A stretch of 64,000 nt of DNA. Origin: a virus. Position numbers and translations under genes: made by a program. The stretch is taken from positions 1 through 64,000 of IMG/VR virus record IMGVR_UViG_3300029922_000017; one strand, given 5' to 3'. The notes under the pieces were generated by a model. That model was given only the letters and a program-made list of their open reading frames with translations, did no database searches and was not told where the DNA came from. Below, one piece after another: positions 41,477-52,088 of this stretch (within the stretch, counting starts at the first letter, position 1; every line of letters begins with the position of its first letter).

Positions 41477-42361
41477 TCATAGGGGTGATGCTTTTCCGAT
41501 TTTAACATAAAACCGGTTCACCAATTCAATAATTTCATCGTTCAATCTCAATTTTGCTTTCTTAATTAATTTCGTCGGAATCGTTTCCGTGCCATAAAAT
41601 GCTTCGGCAATGGAACCGGCAATTGCTGCATTGGTATCAGTATCTCCGCCCAAATAAATTGCATTTCTAATTGCCGACTCATAATCCGTAGACTCCATAA
41701 AACATACCAATGCTTGAGGAGCAGTCACGTTACATCGAATAGAGGTCTTTGGAATTGCTCTTGCGTCTTCCACTGACATATCTAACATATGTCCAAATTG
41801 TTCTTCGACATATGCTTTAATTTCCTGCTTAGTCTTACCATGACGAGCCATCCAAATTGCACTAGTAATTGATTTTACTCCACGCTCAGATTCAGGAGAA
41901 TTATGAGTCTGTTGAATGCTTGAGATTGCCATTTTATACATGTTATCCATATTAGATTCGGGAAACCTAGAATAATACATAGCAATTGGGCTACACCGCA
42001 TCATACATCCATTAGCATAACTATTATTAACAGTATAATATTCGCTATCCTTGGTTTTAACCCATTCTTTAAATGCTCCACCATATCCTCTGTCTGGATA
42101 TTTTACTGCCCACATTTTATAAGATGCAGCGAAGTTAGGAAGTGCCAGTATATTGTCTGAATTTGGCATTATTATTGATAATATCGTTTCGGCAATTGCA
42201 CATGTCAATACAGTATCATCCGTAAAACGACTGTTAGAATAGAACATGTTAAAGTTCTTTGTGCCAACCGGACGTTTCGGGTATTGTGGGCTACTTTCAT
42301 ATACCGACCCTGCGATGTCGCCAATAATTGCTCCTATCATAGTTTTATTTCTTTCTTCCAA
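41477..42361 (-). CDS. ADP-ribosylglycohydrolase (DraG/ARH family)
   Basis: GAIIGDIAGS.YE, FTDDT, NG..MR.SP and GGDTDT motifs. Confidence 0.92.
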   Translation of the reverse strand: MEERNKTMIGAIIGDIAGSVYESSPQYPKRPVGTKNFNMFYSNSRFTDDTVLTCAIAETILSIIMPNSDNILALPNFAASYKMWAVKYPDRGYGGAFKEWVKTKDSEYYTVNNSYANGCMMRCSPIAMYYSRFPESNMDNMYKMAISSIQQTHNSPESERGVKSITSAIWMARHGKTKQEIKAYVEEQFGHMLDMSVEDARAIPKTSIRCNVTAPQALVCFMESTDYESAIRNAIYLGGDTDTNAAIAGSIAEAFYGTETIPTKLIKKAKLRLNDEIIELVNRFYVKIGKASPL

Positions 42362-42548
42362 AAATATTTATATTTCATTCCTTCAATATCCGGTTTACAA
42401 TTAATACAATAATAATCTCCAGCTTTAATCGATTCCCATTGATATTCATTTAAAAATGAATTTTCTGGCTGTATCACTTCTTGTAATTCTAAATTGCAAC
42501 ATGGACATCTCATATTATTTTAATAATGTTATTGGTGCATATTCCGAA

Positions 42549-43652
42549 TCAATTAAATATTGGGGTTGGGTCTATTAAATCATTCCAATCAGATTTATTA
42601 TCGCCAACTTCTTCAAATGCACGATATATTCCATGTTTATATAATTCAATATGAAGCATGGAAGTGTTATGACCTTGGATGTCAGGTCTTTCTTTTCCTT
42701 CTTTAAGGACTCTCTTTACATTTCCTATAAAATCCCCAGATTTTAATTTCTTTCCAATTTTCATTCCAAAATCAATATCAATTTCACCATAACAAACTAC
42801 TCCGGATGCACCTTCTACTAAAACACATTTAGTATCATTCCACCACGGAGTTTGTTGAGAAGAACCAGTGAACTCTTCAATTCCTACTACGGTTCCAGAT
42901 TCAACTGCATATACGGATGCCCCATCATTGGTATATAAATCAACACCGGTATGAGTATGATGTTTTCTTTTTGTTAAAAATGCGCCGGGATGTCCTTTAA
43001 TTGGAATTCCAGAACAATTAGTGTTTTTCGAATCATCAAATCTCCAATGTAATGGGAAATGCCATTTCAATGAATTATTTACTTCTTTAACAATATCCGA
43101 AATATCAGCCAATGCTCCCATACCTTCCGTTTTGCAAGCCAACATTTTTGATTGTGGCATTACAATCTTATATCCCCAGTTGGTTAATTTATCCAAGTGT
43201 TCTTTAGTAACTGGATGTTCCCACATCGCTGTATTCGCAGCGCCGGCAATAATTAGGGGTCTATTCATATCCCACGCACGAACAACCGAGGTTAATAAGT
43301 TATCACATAATCCATTGGCAATTTTTCCCATTGTATTTAATGAACATGGGGCAATTACAAGTGCCGATGCTTGATTTCTTATATTAATATGAAGAACTCC
43401 ATCTCCAGTTTTCCACTTGCTAGTGATACGTCCTGTCGTTGGGTCTTGCCATTGCCATTCGTCGTCATCAACATAATAAATTCCACCTAGTTTTTCAACT
43501 AACAGTGCCAGTTCCAAGCAATCTATAAAATGTCTGGCTGAGTTAGTAATTATAGTATCGACTATAAAATGTTCACTCAATTGAGTGACCAGCTTCTTCC
43601 ATAATACAGTGGCAACGCTACCAGTCAATCCTAACAGTATTCGACGTTTCAT
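42549..43652 (-). CDS. HAL3/CoaC-like flavoprotein (PPC decarboxylase) fused to M23 peptidase
   Basis: GLTGSVA, VLH, APCSLNTMGKIANGLCDNLL, NTAMW, LAC; then HTGVD and MLHIEL. Confidence 0.85.
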   Translation of the reverse strand: MKRRILLGLTGSVATVLWKKLVTQLSEHFIVDTIITNSARHFIDCLELALLVEKLGGIYYVDDDEWQWQDPTTGRITSKWKTGDGVLHINIRNQASALVIAPCSLNTMGKIANGLCDNLLTSVVRAWDMNRPLIIAGAANTAMWEHPVTKEHLDKLTNWGYKIVMPQSKMLACKTEGMGALADISDIVKEVNNSLKWHFPLHWRFDDSKNTNCSGIPIKGHPGAFLTKRKHHTHTGVDLYTNDGASVYAVESGTVVGIEEFTGSSQQTPWWNDTKCVLVEGASGVVCYGEIDIDFGMKIGKKLKSGDFIGNVKRVLKEGKERPDIQGHNTSMLHIELYKHGIYRAFEEVGDNKSDWNDLIDPTPIFN

Positions 43653-43727
43653 AATTGAAGTATAGCAGAATTTATGAAAAAGTCAATTATTTTCTTTTTC
43701 GTTTAACATGTAGTTGATTTCTATTAA

Positions 43728-44345
43728 ATGGATGTAATTTCTTGTTATAATGTTGTTCGGTTGGAAATTGAACAGTTGTATTTAAATAAATGTCGAGAAA
43801 ATCCAAATACTAATTACAATTTTGCGTATGATGCTAGACGACCTATGGCTGGCAAAAAACACACTCTAGAAGCCAGACTCAAAATTAGTAATGCTGTAAG
43901 TGGATGTGGAAACGGTATGTTTGGGAAATCTCCAACTATAGAGCATAGACAAAAAATAAGTAATTCTAATATGGGAAAAAATAAAGGAAATAAACATTAC
44001 AATTTTGGAAAACATTTAGACGAAGAACTTAGACGTAAAATAAGTAAATCAGGAACTGGATTAAAACGCACAGATGAAACTAAACAAAATATAAGTAAAG
44101 CATTAACGGGAAGAGTATTCACGTCCGAACATATACAAAAACTAAGAAATCCAAATATCAAACTTAGAGGAAGTAGTCATCCAAATTTTAACCCTACGAT
44201 TTACAATTTAAAAAATACTAGAACCAATGAAGAATTTCGAGGAACTAGGCATGATTTTATTGAAAAATATAACATTCCATCCGGAAGATGTTCGAAATTA
44301 CTAAATGGTAAAGTGCCAAGTATTAAAAAATGGATACTTATATAA
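43728..44345 (+). pseudogene. 5'-truncated NUMOD3-repeat (GIY-YIG-type) homing endonuclease
   Basis: Multiple GKKHT/HR.KIS repeats after an EQLYL...YN remnant; GIY-YIG motif absent. Confidence 0.6.
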
Positions 44346-44764
44346 TTTGTCAACTAATAAATGTCAATGCTCTCATCCACGTGGAATGTTCCGATTTTAG
44401 TCGGGATTGTCTTTTTAGTGGAGGTGAGGTCGGTTTATGGGCATTCCGGAAATGTAATATTGGGCATTTGCAATGTTCAATGTTCTGGAATAGTTTTTCT
44501 TGTTTTGTTGTCATGGTTAAAGAATACCACATAACAAGCCAAATAGATATAAGGTATTATACCCATGGATTTGGATATTCAATTTCCATCCTACGTTTCA
44601 TTTTTTTAATTATTTGGACAAGACCTTTGCGGTGAGACACTCTAACATCTTTAATATAATCTTCTTCTTTAATGAGTGGTATAATACGACAATATTCGTT
44701 TAATATATCATAGATAAATTCATATTCTACAGCAGTTAAACTTCCTTCGTCTTTATTTTTCATA

Positions 44765-45475
44765 TTATCTTTTTTCAACATAACATGGAATACGAGCATA
44801 TTCCAATGAATATTCTTTACACATCTCCAAGGCTTTTCTATGAGCAGAACAGGCTTCGTCAATGTTATCTGATTGTGCCAGTGCTTTTAATTTCTTTATC
44901 TTGTTAAATACGTCAAGAGTTACATTTTCATATATCAACGTCTCTAATTCAGGTTCGTTGGTCCCGCCGATGTCGTCTAACGAAGTATTATTTCGCAATT
45001 GTTGATTGACTGCGTGGCGAGTTGAATTGTGGGTCTCTTCGTAAATATCATTTAATGTCTGGCGCAAGTGAGCATCATTCTCAATAATATCATCTTCGGA
45101 TTTATAGGTCGAAGTCAAATATCCGTTTAAAATATCCCGCTGTTCATATAGTCGTTTTCCATATACTTTATCATCATTCGACTCTTGCAATAAAAAGTAT
45201 AACCAATTTAATATTGGAGTAGAACGAGCGGGGACAAATTTTCCATATGATGATAAAATCTGGTCGTCGTCCATTCCCTTGCTTCTTCCCTCGCTTAATA
45301 AATTTCGCTTTAATTTGTCCCCCTCCTCAATTTCTTTTTCATACTTTTGAGAATATGTTTGTGCCGAGGAGAGTATTTTAGTCTTAATTTCTTTTGTCTC
45401 TACCACTTTGGCGGCAAGACGTTTTTGAAAATTATCATTGTTTTTTAATAAACTGATTAGTGACGTGTTACTCAT
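44765..45475 (-). CDS. Protein with C-terminal DUF2786-like domain (paralog of 48066-48761)
   Basis: KIKKLKALA.S.N..EA..A..KA motif; high identity to 48066-48761. Confidence 0.7.
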   Translation of the reverse strand: MSNTSLISLLKNNDNFQKRLAAKVVETKEIKTKILSSAQTYSQKYEKEIEEGDKLKRNLLSEGRSKGMDDDQILSSYGKFVPARSTPILNWLYFLLQESNDDKVYGKRLYEQRDILNGYLTSTYKSEDDIIENDAHLRQTLNDIYEETHNSTRHAVNQQLRNNTSLDDIGGTNEPELETLIYENVTLDVFNKIKKLKALAQSDNIDEACSAHRKALEMCKEYSLEYARIPCYVEKR

Positions 45476-45490
45476 AATTTTATTTTTTTA

Positions 45491-45868
45491 TTATTGATTT
45501 TTTAATTTATTTACTAATACTTTGACATAATCAGAAACATATTTTGGTTCTTCTTGTTCCGGCATATCAATTGCACGAATATCATTCTCAATATATTCTA
45601 GATAATCTTTATATATTTCCGCCGCAATTGGGATTCTATCAAGAGGAAGATTATGATTCTCATTATATAAACATCGCACGATAGGTAGAATTGTGCCGCA
45701 GAACCATTCAGATCGAATTTGAGTTTCTTTATTCGCCGCTACTAATATGGATGCCATTGCTTCTAAATTGTCGGCACATTCTCCAATTGCTTCTGGCGAT
45801 AGTTCGTCTAATAATCCGGTTAAAGTCCACTTTCTTATATTTTCTTCTGTTGATCTGTATAACTTCAT
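45491..45868 (-). CDS. Protein resembling the major capsid N-terminus (paralog of 48758-49132)
   Basis: KW..TGLL..L......A..LE......LPIVR pattern. Confidence 0.55.
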   Translation of the reverse strand: MKLYRSTEENIRKWTLTGLLDELSPEAIGECADNLEAMASILVAANKETQIRSEWFCGTILPIVRCLYNENHNLPLDRIPIAAEIYKDYLEYIENDIRAIDMPEQEEPKYVSDYVKVLVNKLKNQ

Positions 45869-45872
45869 AATT

Positions 45873-46625
45873 TTATTTTATTGGTTGAATTGTGCGGGTT
45901 AATTTTCCTTGATAGGAGATATATTTCTTCGGTATATTATCTAGCGTATAACATCCCAGCGATGAAAATGCAGGGTCTTGAAATAGTTTGATTTGTCGGT
46001 CTTTTAATAGTTTAGTCATATCGACTATGAAAACTGCAAACTCATTTATTTTAGGATAGAATCTATCATTATTAAATAATTCCTTTATTGCGGTCATATT
46101 GTAAGCAAGATATATTCTTTCGGGATGTGCCGCCATTTTATTTTGTGACTTTGGAACTAAACCGATATTTTCTATATTTTCACGACGTTGATACGGAGTT
46201 ATATGATAACCCACCTCATCTTGAAATTGCGACAATTCAATATCCTGAATATCTCTTATTGCTTCGAAGACAATGGTTATTCTATTTCCTCTATTTAGAT
46301 ATGAGATTAAATCTGCCGTAGTTGTGAATTTTTTATTGTCAGTTCCAAACCCAAATATCGTAAAATATGCTGGTTTCCATCCCCTGTTATTTGTTGATTT
46401 GATAATCCATTCAATTATATTAATATCAGTGTCTTCCGAATCTATTATACATAATATTCTATTATCTTGTTGTTCAAATCTAATAGTCGGATTTTTTATT
46501 CGTCTGTTTAATTCAATATTTAATCCTTCTACTGATTTGGTAATATCATGAGTCCAAATTAATCCCTCATCAAGTGATAATTCTTCATCATGTAATTCTT
46601 TTAATATATCGTTAAGTTTAATCAT
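45873..46625 (-). CDS. ADP-ribosyltransferase-fold (Tpt1/KptA-like) protein
   Basis: YHIT.....ENI...GLVP....RIYLA....D.....NIP motif. Confidence 0.55.
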   Translation of the reverse strand: MIKLNDILKELHDEELSLDEGLIWTHDITKSVEGLNIELNRRIKNPTIRFEQQDNRILCIIDSEDTDINIIEWIIKSTNNRGWKPAYFTIFGFGTDNKKFTTTADLISYLNRGNRITIVFEAIRDIQDIELSQFQDEVGYHITPYQRRENIENIGLVPKSQNKMAAHPERIYLAYNMTAIKELFNNDRFYPKINEFAVFIVDMTKLLKDRQIKLFQDPAFSSLGCYTLDNIPKKYISYQGKLTRTIQPIK

Positions 46626-47055
46626 GTTGATTATTTAAATCTTTGTGAAATTCATATTGTTCGGAACATTGAAAACAATTTCCTATAACCGTTAACTTAT
46701 ATTTACATAAAGGAAAACCGGCATATTTACATTTAAATTCAGTATCAATATATTCAATGACGCCAGAGAATTCGTATTTAAATGGGATATTATCTCCAAT
46801 TACAGTTGAAAAATATCCACTAACAATATCTCCTTCGTAAATTTCGACATTGTTAATATCAGTAAGTCCAATATACTGTTGCAATATAACATTATCATCA
46901 TATAAATCGTTGGCTTTATCATACAACTTACCATCTAATCCAATAAATATTTTTGAGTTCGGATGATATGTAAATTCACCATAGAATGAATTCCATACTC
47001 GAAACTTAATATTTCTTGATTGAGTTGGGTATTTATATTCTGAAATCTCTTTCAT
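46618..47055 (-). CDS. YopX family protein
   Basis: IKFRVW...QYIGLTD.N..EIYEGDIV...VIGN. Confidence 0.88.
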   Translation of the reverse strand: MKEISEYKYPTQSRNIKFRVWNSFYGEFTYHPNSKIFIGLDGKLYDKANDLYDDNVILQQYIGLTDINNVEIYEGDIVSGYFSTVIGDNIPFKYEFSGVIEYIDTEFKCKYAGFPLCKYKLTVIGNCFQCSEQYEFHKDLNNQHD

Positions 47056-48065
47056 TATTCGTTTAATTTGGTTGCTGGTGTAAGGGCAAATTTTAATAGA
47101 TTCTTGGGCTTCTCGAAGGTAATTGGGATATCATCAAACATTGTGAATTCCGTTCCATTATCCAATTCGGCAAATGTTATATTCTTGTTTTATATTCGTT
47201 AAATATACTTAATATTCGACTCCAACGGTCTTCTGCTTCCAATTCCATTGCAACTACTTGTTTAATGGCAGCAATAAAATTAGATTTATTTTCGCTATCA
47301 TTATCCAATCTTTCAATTTCCATGTCTGCTTTGATATTACCATAATCAGTTATAATAAATTGTTCTTGAATATTATTTCCACTATATACTAGTAATGATA
47401 TACTAAATATAGGAGAGCCACTTAATATACATTCGTTCATTTGCTTTTCAATTGTGTTATAAGAAAACTCAAGACAATCTCCGGCAACTGGTGATTCTGA
47501 CAATGTAGCACCATCACCAAATACAGTAATAGTTTTAGTTACTTTACTACGAAGATATTTTAAAATCTCTTCCTTGGTGCCCGTTTTAATTGTTATTTCA
47601 TTCATAATTTTTTAATCTTTCTAAGGCTACTATGTCTAACTCAATATTTTTCTTTTTTTCCGATAAATAAATTTCAGATTCTGAAAAATCAAGTTGCAGT
47701 CCCAATTCTTTACATCGTTCAATCAATGGAATAAACCATTCTTCATCGGAGCAACTATAATCAAACGATCTTCCATGTGATATATTAATTCTCCCCGACC
47801 ACCAACTTAAATAAACGTCTCCAAAACAATATTGATGGTATTTTTCAATGGTTAAATCATCTAATTTTTTCTTAAATTCTGCATCATCACATTTATCATC
47901 GCAATATACAATATGGTTTAACCAAGAAACCTTAAATATACAATTCTTTCGAATTATAGGAAGAATAAGTTTTAAATTTTCCTCTCGTTCTCGATCTCTT
48001 AAAGAGATTATGTCTCGCTTTAGTTGTGCTATTTTATCAGTGGTTAACATAATTATTGTTGATAA

Positions 48066-48761
48066 TTAATAAGATGGAATTTTATCAAATTCTAAATTAT
48101 ACCGCTTACATAATTCTTTACATTTAATGAAAGCTGAAGATGCTTCTTCGACGTTTGAGTTATGAACTGCAAGTTTTTTTAATTTTTTTACAGTTGAAAA
48201 TTGTTCTAATGTTAAATTTCCATAAATGATCTCGGCTAAATCAGGTTCATTAGTTTCTCCAATATCATCCACCGTAGTATTGGCTCTTAACAATCGGTTA
48301 ATATCTTCTCGATTATGACAACTTTTGGTTTCTTCATATATTTCGGTGAGAGTGTGTCTTAATTGATCGTCATTTTCAATAATTTCATCTTCGGATTTAT
48401 ACGTCGATTGTAAATAATTGTTTAATTTATCACGTTGTTCGTATAGTTTTTTTCCATAGAAAGTATCATCATCCGATTCACGTAATAGAAAATATAACCA
48501 GTTTAATATTGGCGTTTGGCGAGTTGGAAAAAATCCCTTACCAAAAAAACACTCTTCCTCGGTTTTTCCTTGCCGGGTGCCTTCCGATAGGAGATTTCTC
48601 CTCAACTGTTCCCCTTCTTCGATTTCTTTATCATATTTCTGAGAATAGGTTTGGGCGGCTGATAAAATTTTAGTTTTATCTTCTTTTACCTCGTTGACTT
48701 TTTTAGCAAGTCTCGCTTGGAAATTTTCATCCTTTATTAAATTTATCAGTGATAGACTCAT
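48066..48761 (-). CDS. Paralog of 44765-45475
   Basis: Shared NFQ.RLA.KV.E.KE.KTKILS.AQTYSQKY and TPILNWLYFLL. Confidence 0.7.
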   Translation of the reverse strand: MSLSLINLIKDENFQARLAKKVNEVKEDKTKILSAAQTYSQKYDKEIEEGEQLRRNLLSEGTRQGKTEEECFFGKGFFPTRQTPILNWLYFLLRESDDDTFYGKKLYEQRDKLNNYLQSTYKSEDEIIENDDQLRHTLTEIYEETKSCHNREDINRLLRANTTVDDIGETNEPDLAEIIYGNLTLEQFSTVKKLKKLAVHNSNVEEASSAFIKCKELCKRYNLEFDKIPSY

Positions 48762-49132
48762 AATTTTATTTTATCTAATAGTTGTTTAACATAATTGTAA
48801 CAATAATTTACTTCATAATCCAATCCGGTGTAGTATTCGTCTTTATAGTCTTTATATGGAATGCCAATTATATAATTTGTAAAATCGTTATATAAAAATT
48901 CTGCCGTAGGTATTTGTGTCAAAGTTAATTGATTATCTTCATTATATACCGATCTCATTATTGGTATGACACATCTGGCGAAAAATTCAGAATCGGGCGT
49001 TGTTTCAACTGTGTTTTTTACACATAATTGAGTTATCGCTTCCAGATTATTGGCACAGTGTTCGATTTTATCATCGGTTAAATAATCCAATAATCCGGTT
49101 TGCTTCCATTTTGTAATTATGTTATTATTCAT
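48758..49132 (-). CDS. Paralog of 45491-45868
   Basis: KWKQTGLLDYL...CANNLEA...IPIMR. Confidence 0.55.
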   Translation of the reverse strand: MNNNIITKWKQTGLLDYLTDDKIEHCANNLEAITQLCVKNTVETTPDSEFFARCVIPIMRSVYNEDNQLTLTQIPTAEFLYNDFTNYIIGIPYKDYKDEYYTGLDYEVNYCYNYVKQLLDKIKL

Positions 49133-49170
49133 ATCAATTATTATAGTTTATTTTAAATCAAATGTAAACT

Positions 49171-50271
49171 TTATTTATTTTCGACAAATTCATATAAAGC
49201 TTTTGCTGCCTGTAAAACCTCACTAACAAATTCTTCGGTCTTAACCTGCCCGCATTTCGTAAGTTTAACGATTTCTGTGGCCGTATCTACTAGAGAAAGA
49301 CGAATCTCATATGCATTTTTGTTCTTGATAATAACAGGTTCATTGGAATTTGACAATTTCACGTTATGAGGTGAAGATTTCTCCGATTTAAATTCTTCTT
49401 TATTAGTTATTCCGGCCAAATATTTAAATCTATCCTTAGCCCCATTCAATTCAAGTGTTCCATCCTTAACTTTAACATCGATAGGCTCGGCTTCAACTAA
49501 TAATTCTCCGTTAATCGATACAGGAACTCCAATAGTATTAATAGGTTCCGGATGAATTACCGCATTAAATAATCTAATTTTTACAGGTTCGTCCAAGTCT
49601 TTACCCGATTCCGCTGTATATTCCGATTTTAATTCTGAATATAAAGTATCAACCTCAACTGAACTCAATCCATACTTATTGCATTCTTTCTTTGTTATAG
49701 GAGCACTTGATTTTTTAGTCAAAAACCACAATTCAAAATCTTTAGTAGAATCCATTTTAACAATGGAATGTTCTCGGATAATGTTAGGATTATTTAATTT
49801 ATCTAATTGTTTATTAATAATTTCTATATCTGCCGTTGGTAATTTAGATAAAAATACAGGTTGTTCCGTAGCAAATGCCACATTTAAAAGGGTGGCACCC
49901 TCAACCGATACGTAAGCAGGATAAGTCTTCATATTTTCATGGAAATTTTTATAAATGTCAATACTGGCCGTAACAGTATTATTTTTTCTATCATCTAATG
50001 ATTCAATGAAATTTGACATATCTTCTTCTGCCGAATACTTATTAATGGAAGAACTTAATGTGGTTAATTTTTTATTAAAATCATCATTGAATTTATCATA
50101 GTTAAAATTACAGTATTCTTGAGAGTTATCATTTTTAGCTACTACTTCTAATACTTTCATAGCTTCATCGTAAGGATTTATATATGACATTGTAATTTCA
50201 GATTTTGGAAATTTGTCAATAGAAGAAGTTGTTGACAACGCAACGGTATGTTTTTTAGAACCTTTTTTCAT
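49171..50271 (-). CDS. Hypothetical protein
   Basis: 366-aa ORF, no recognised motif. Confidence 0.7.
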   Translation of the reverse strand: MKKGSKKHTVALSTTSSIDKFPKSEITMSYINPYDEAMKVLEVVAKNDNSQEYCNFNYDKFNDDFNKKLTTLSSSINKYSAEEDMSNFIESLDDRKNNTVTASIDIYKNFHENMKTYPAYVSVEGATLLNVAFATEQPVFLSKLPTADIEIINKQLDKLNNPNIIREHSIVKMDSTKDFELWFLTKKSSAPITKKECNKYGLSSVEVDTLYSELKSEYTAESGKDLDEPVKIRLFNAVIHPEPINTIGVPVSINGELLVEAEPIDVKVKDGTLELNGAKDRFKYLAGITNKEEFKSEKSSPHNVKLSNSNEPVIIKNKNAYEIRLSLVDTATEIVKLTKCGQVKTEEFVSEVLQAAKALYEFVENK

Positions 50272-50435
50272 ATTTAATGTGTGTATGTGTAAGTTGAACG
50301 GTATTGTTCAATCTTAACTATACATATCACTAAAAATAGAAAACCCCTAAATTATTTATCGTTGGCATTGCCAAACTCATGTCGGAGTTAGCATCGTGGT
50401 TGAATTGTAATATTTTAAATATATTATCACACTCA

Positions 50436-51753
50436 TGAACTACCCATCCCCTAAAGGAGATGGGTTTCCTCTTTCATCCAACTCTTTTTGAGTTGTCCAG
50501 AGGCTACTTCGGGTTGTCCCAACCCTAGTTTTTTGATATTGTTTGCTGCTAAAATGTCTCTGTCATGTGTTACTTTACACATCGGACAAGTCCATTCTCT
50601 ATCTTTCAAAGTTAGAGAATGATTTATGTATCCACAAGAACATAATTTGGATGATGGTTCAAATCGTCCAATTTGGATGAAGTTCTTTCCATACCAATCA
50701 CATTTGTATTTCAAAATGTTGGTAAACGAATTCCATCCTACATCAGCAATTTGTTGATGTCTCATTTTTTCAAGGAAACGATATTCGTCTCTTTCATCAA
50801 CATCTTTATTTTCCATCATATCCTTTGTAGATAGAGTTTCCATACAAATTGTCTTCACTTGGTTATCGTGTGTCAACTTATGACTTAACTTGTGGTGGAA
50901 ATCTTTTCTACAATTGGTTATTTTTTCGTGTGTTTTAGCAACCTTTATTCTTTGTTTGTTTCTATTATTACTTCCTTTTGTTTTCTTTGATAATTGTCGT
51001 TGTTGTTTCTTGAGTTTTTTGAGAAATCGTTTTAATGGTTTAGGATTTTCAATCTTTTCTCCGTTGGAGAATGTAGCAAAGTGTTTCAATCCCAAATCAA
51101 TTCCAATGGTTGTTTTTTCATTTACTTTTGGATTGGATGGAAGTTCTTTCCCATCTTCAACCAAAATAGAAATGAAGTATTTGCCTGTGGTAGTTCGTGA
51201 GACATAAGACGAAGATATGTCTCCCTCAAATTGTCTGTCAAAGACACACGTAATTCCTCCAAGGAACTTTGGAATGATTACTTTTCCTTTTTCAAAATCC
51301 ACTTTAGTATTTTGTGGAATACGAAACTTTTGGTCATTCCTCTTACATTTGAATTTTGGATATGCTACTTTCTTTTTGAAAAATGAAGTGTATGCTTTAT
51401 CCAAATCCTCAAGTTTGGACTGGATAGAAAGAGAACCGACTTCGGCAAGCCAAGGTTGTTCACCCTTCTTCATTTTTGGAAGTTCTGCTTGAAGTTCGTA
51501 TCTTGAGAGATTTGTTTTATCTTTTTGGTAGGCTTCCATTTTCTTACCTAATGCCCAATTCCACACAAATCTTACACATCCAAAATGCTTCTCCAAAAGA
51601 ACTTTTTGTTCCTTGTTTGGATATATCCTATATTTGAATGCTCGTATCACAACAATACATATCATTGACTTTTAGAAAACATCAACTTATTTTCTAAATT
51701 GTGTCAATTCATCCCACCCGCTAAAGCAAGTGGGATTTCTTGCCACGAAGTCG
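50436..51753 (-). mobile_element. Non-autonomous IS200/IS605-family element (solo tnpB)
   Basis: Left-end hairpin ATCCCAC..GTGGGAT (51711-51737), right-end hairpin ACCCATC..GATGGGT then AGTTCA; no tnpA. Confidence 0.85.
50451..51665 (-). CDS. tnpB: TnpB RNA-guided endonuclease
   Basis: AFKYRIYPN HTH, RuvC GIDLG / ICMETL / DRD..AA.NI and Zn ribbon. Confidence 0.93.
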   Translation of the reverse strand: MICIVVIRAFKYRIYPNKEQKVLLEKHFGCVRFVWNWALGKKMEAYQKDKTNLSRYELQAELPKMKKGEQPWLAEVGSLSIQSKLEDLDKAYTSFFKKKVAYPKFKCKRNDQKFRIPQNTKVDFEKGKVIIPKFLGGITCVFDRQFEGDISSSYVSRTTTGKYFISILVEDGKELPSNPKVNEKTTIGIDLGLKHFATFSNGEKIENPKPLKRFLKKLKKQQRQLSKKTKGSNNRNKQRIKVAKTHEKITNCRKDFHHKLSHKLTHDNQVKTICMETLSTKDMMENKDVDERDEYRFLEKMRHQQIADVGWNSFTNILKYKCDWYGKNFIQIGRFEPSSKLCSCGYINHSLTLKDREWTCPMCKVTHDRDILAANNIKKLGLGQPEVASGQLKKSWMKEETHLL

Positions 51754-51809
51754 TTAAAATTTGCCAATTAAAAAAATAATTAAAGATTTTTTATGTTTTT
51801 CGTAAAGTC

Positions 51810-52088
51810 GTGAATATGTTGCAGTATAAGAGTGATTGGAACGGAAAGAATTTTCTAAAAATAGGAAGATTCGAACCATCCAGTAAAATGTGTAGTAAGT
51901 GTGGATATACTAATCATAATCTATTATTGAGTGATAGAGAATGGGAATGTCCAATTTGCAATACTAATCACGATAGAGATGTGAATGCAGCTAATAATAT
52001 ATTAGACTTTTCATTTCCTAAAACGGAGTTTTTAAAGGGTAGGAATTACCCTATTGAAACTCAACTGCTTTAGTAGTTGGGTAGTTCA
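51810..52088 (+). pseudogene. 3' remnant of a second tnpB element with right end
   Basis: FEPSSKMCS.CG...C..C...HDRDVNAA.NI; hairpin CTCAACTGC-TTTA-GTAGTTGGG then TAGTTCA. Confidence 0.8.
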
